Position numbers and translations under genes: made by a program. The notes under the pieces are model-generated. The model made no database searches and was not told where the DNA came from. It was given only the letters and a program-made list of their open reading frames with translations. Of a stretch of DNA of 49,219 nucleotides, positions 47,662-49,219 are shown one piece after another. The stretch lies in contig JBHHXT010000016.1 of the NCBI GenBank assembly GCA_046757165.1, forward strand, positions 1 through 49,219. Reading direction: 5' to 3'. This stretch comes from a bacterium. GTDB lineage: Bacteria; Zhuqueibacterota; Zhuqueibacteria; Oceanimicrobiales; Oceanimicrobiaceae. Numbering within the stretch: position 1 is the first letter of the stretch; the number at the start of each line of letters is the position of its first letter.

Positions 47662-49136
47662 TACCCCTCAATCCCCCCCAAACACATGAACTTTACCTCC
47701 AGATACTCTTCAATGCCATACTTCGACCCTTCCCGCCCCAGGCCGGACTGTTTGACGCCGCCGAAGGGCGCGACCGCCGTGGAAATCATTCCCGTATTGA
47801 TGCCCACCATGCCGTATTCCAGCGCTTCTGCGACCCGCCAGATGCGCCCGGCGTCCTGGGTATAGAAATAGGCCGCGAGACCGTACGGCGTGTTGTTTGC
47901 CCGCGCAATGGCCTCTTCCTCGGTCTTGAAGCGGCTGATGGGCGCCACCGGGCCGAAGATTTCATCCCGCGTGCAGGCCATTTCATCGGTGACGTTGGTG
48001 AGCACGGTCGCTTCGTAGAAGGAGTGCCCCAGCTCGTGGCGCTTGCCGCCGGTGAGCACGGAAGCGCCTTTTGCCCGCGCATCTGCAACGATGCTTTCCA
48101 CCTTCTCGAGCGCAGCTTCATTGATCAGTGGGCCGATGGCCACCCCCTCGTCCAGACCGGGCCCAACCTGGAGCCGTTGCACGGCAGCCGCAAGCTGCTC
48201 TGAAAAGGGTTCATAGACGCCTTCCTGGACGAAGATACGGTTGGCACAAACGCAGGTCTGGCCGGCATTGCGGTATTTACTGGCGATGGCCCCGGCCACG
48301 GCCGCATCCAGGTCGGCATCGTCGAAGACGAGGAAGGGGGCGTTCCCCCCCAGCTCGAGTGACACTTTCTTGATCGTGTCCGCACACTGCCGCATCAGGA
48401 TCTTGCCCACTTCTGTTGACCCGGTAAACGAAAATTTGCGCACCGTCGGGTTCGCGGTCAGCTCGCCACCGATGACCGAGGCGCGCCGCGAAGTGACGAC
48501 ATTGAAAACGCCGGCCGGAACCCCGGCGCGATGCGCCAATTCGGCCATCGCCAGGCCGGAAAGGGGCGTTTCGGACGCCGGCTTCCAAACCACGGGACAG
48601 CCCGCCGCGATGGCCGCGGAGGCTTTCTTGGCCATCATGGCGGTGGGGAAATTCCACGGCGTGATCATGCCCACAACCCCGATGGGCTGTTTGATGACGA
48701 TGTTGCGCACATTGCGGGCATGACTGGGAATCACATCCCCGTAGATGCGCTTCGCTTCCTCTGCATACCACTGATAAAAGGCTGCCGCGTAGTGAATCTC
48801 GCCGCGCGCTTCGGCCACGGGCTTGCCTTGCTCCGAGGTCATCAGCACCGCGAGATCGTCGACATGTTCCACCATCAGGTCGTGCCAGCGATGGAGAATC
48901 GCGGCGCGCTCGCCGGCAGTCGTGGAGCGCCAGGCCGGCCACGCTGAGCTGGCCGCGTCGATGGCGCAACGCGTTTCGTCAACGCCCATATCGGGCACCG
49001 CAGTGATGACGTTGCCGGTTGCCGGATTGGTGACGTCGAAAGTCTTGCCGCTATCCGCACCGACCCACTGGCCGTCGATGTAGGCGCGGGTGCGCAGCAG
49101 ATTTGTATCTGTAAGCTTGATCATGGTTTGCTCCAT
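47661..49136 (-). CDS. gabD: NAD(P)-dependent succinate-semialdehyde dehydrogenase
   Basis: MTSEQGKP..EA.GE, ITPWNFP, KPASETP, FTGSTEVG, LELGGNAP, RNAGQTCVCANR, EIFGPV, PFGGVKQSGLGREGSKYGIEEYLE.K. Confidence 0.93.
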   Translation of the reverse strand: MEQTMIKLTDTNLLRTRAYIDGQWVGADSGKTFDVTNPATGNVITAVPDMGVDETRCAIDAASSAWPAWRSTTAGERAAILHRWHDLMVEHVDDLAVLMTSEQGKPVAEARGEIHYAAAFYQWYAEEAKRIYGDVIPSHARNVRNIVIKQPIGVVGMITPWNFPTAMMAKKASAAIAAGCPVVWKPASETPLSGLAMAELAHRAGVPAGVFNVVTSRRASVIGGELTANPTVRKFSFTGSTEVGKILMRQCADTIKKVSLELGGNAPFLVFDDADLDAAVAGAIASKYRNAGQTCVCANRIFVQEGVYEPFSEQLAAAVQRLQVGPGLDEGVAIGPLINEAALEKVESIVADARAKGASVLTGGKRHELGHSFYEATVLTNVTDEMACTRDEIFGPVAPISRFKTEEEAIARANNTPYGLAAYFYTQDAGRIWRVAEALEYGMVGINTGMISTAVAPFGGVKQSGLGREGSKYGIEEYLEVKFMCLGGIEG

Positions 49137-49219
49137 TGGAAATGGCTAATTCAAGTGCTTTCTTGTACAAATTCTTGCCTATTCTGATTTTATTAGCGAT
49201 CAATTTGTCCAAGCAGGAT

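Overview
A roughly 49 kb bacterial chromosomal window, probably from a flagellated, diderm FCB-superphylum organism outside classical Bacteroidota (KSB1/Calditrichota-like; this is inference from SprA, LptFG, Bacteroidota-style men genes and che/fliM genes). Left to right: prmA; a 2108-aa SprA homologue; lptFG; a duplicated MacB/FtsX ABC permease; two divergent chemosensory clusters with back-to-back sigma28-like promoters; a GbsR-type regulator; menFDB-menA-menCE; an Ig-like lipoprotein; an EEP lipoprotein; an OsmC-family gene; and gabD. The left che cluster (minus strand) is STAS-cheY-cheA-cheW-MCP-cheY-cheB-cheR-small ORF-REC/RsbW kinase. The right cluster (plus strand) is dual-Hpt cheA-cheW-MCP-cheR-cheB-cheD-HDOD-RR-cheX-like-cheY-cheX-RR-fliM. 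Main highlights: (1) a hidden OsmC-family selenoprotein, with an in-frame UGA at the catalytic Cys position and a bacterial SECIS-like hairpin, split in the ORF track; (2) a soluble chemoreceptor combining a flavohaemoglobin-type globin, two Aer2-type haem-PAS domains and a GAF domain, with a second internal RBS/ATG, in an operon bracketed by STAS and REC-RsbW partner-switching genes; (3) at least six different palindromic REP/MITE-like repeat types in intergenic gaps. No rRNA, tRNA, CRISPR array or transposase was recognised. All family calls come from motif recognition by eye; no database searches were run.
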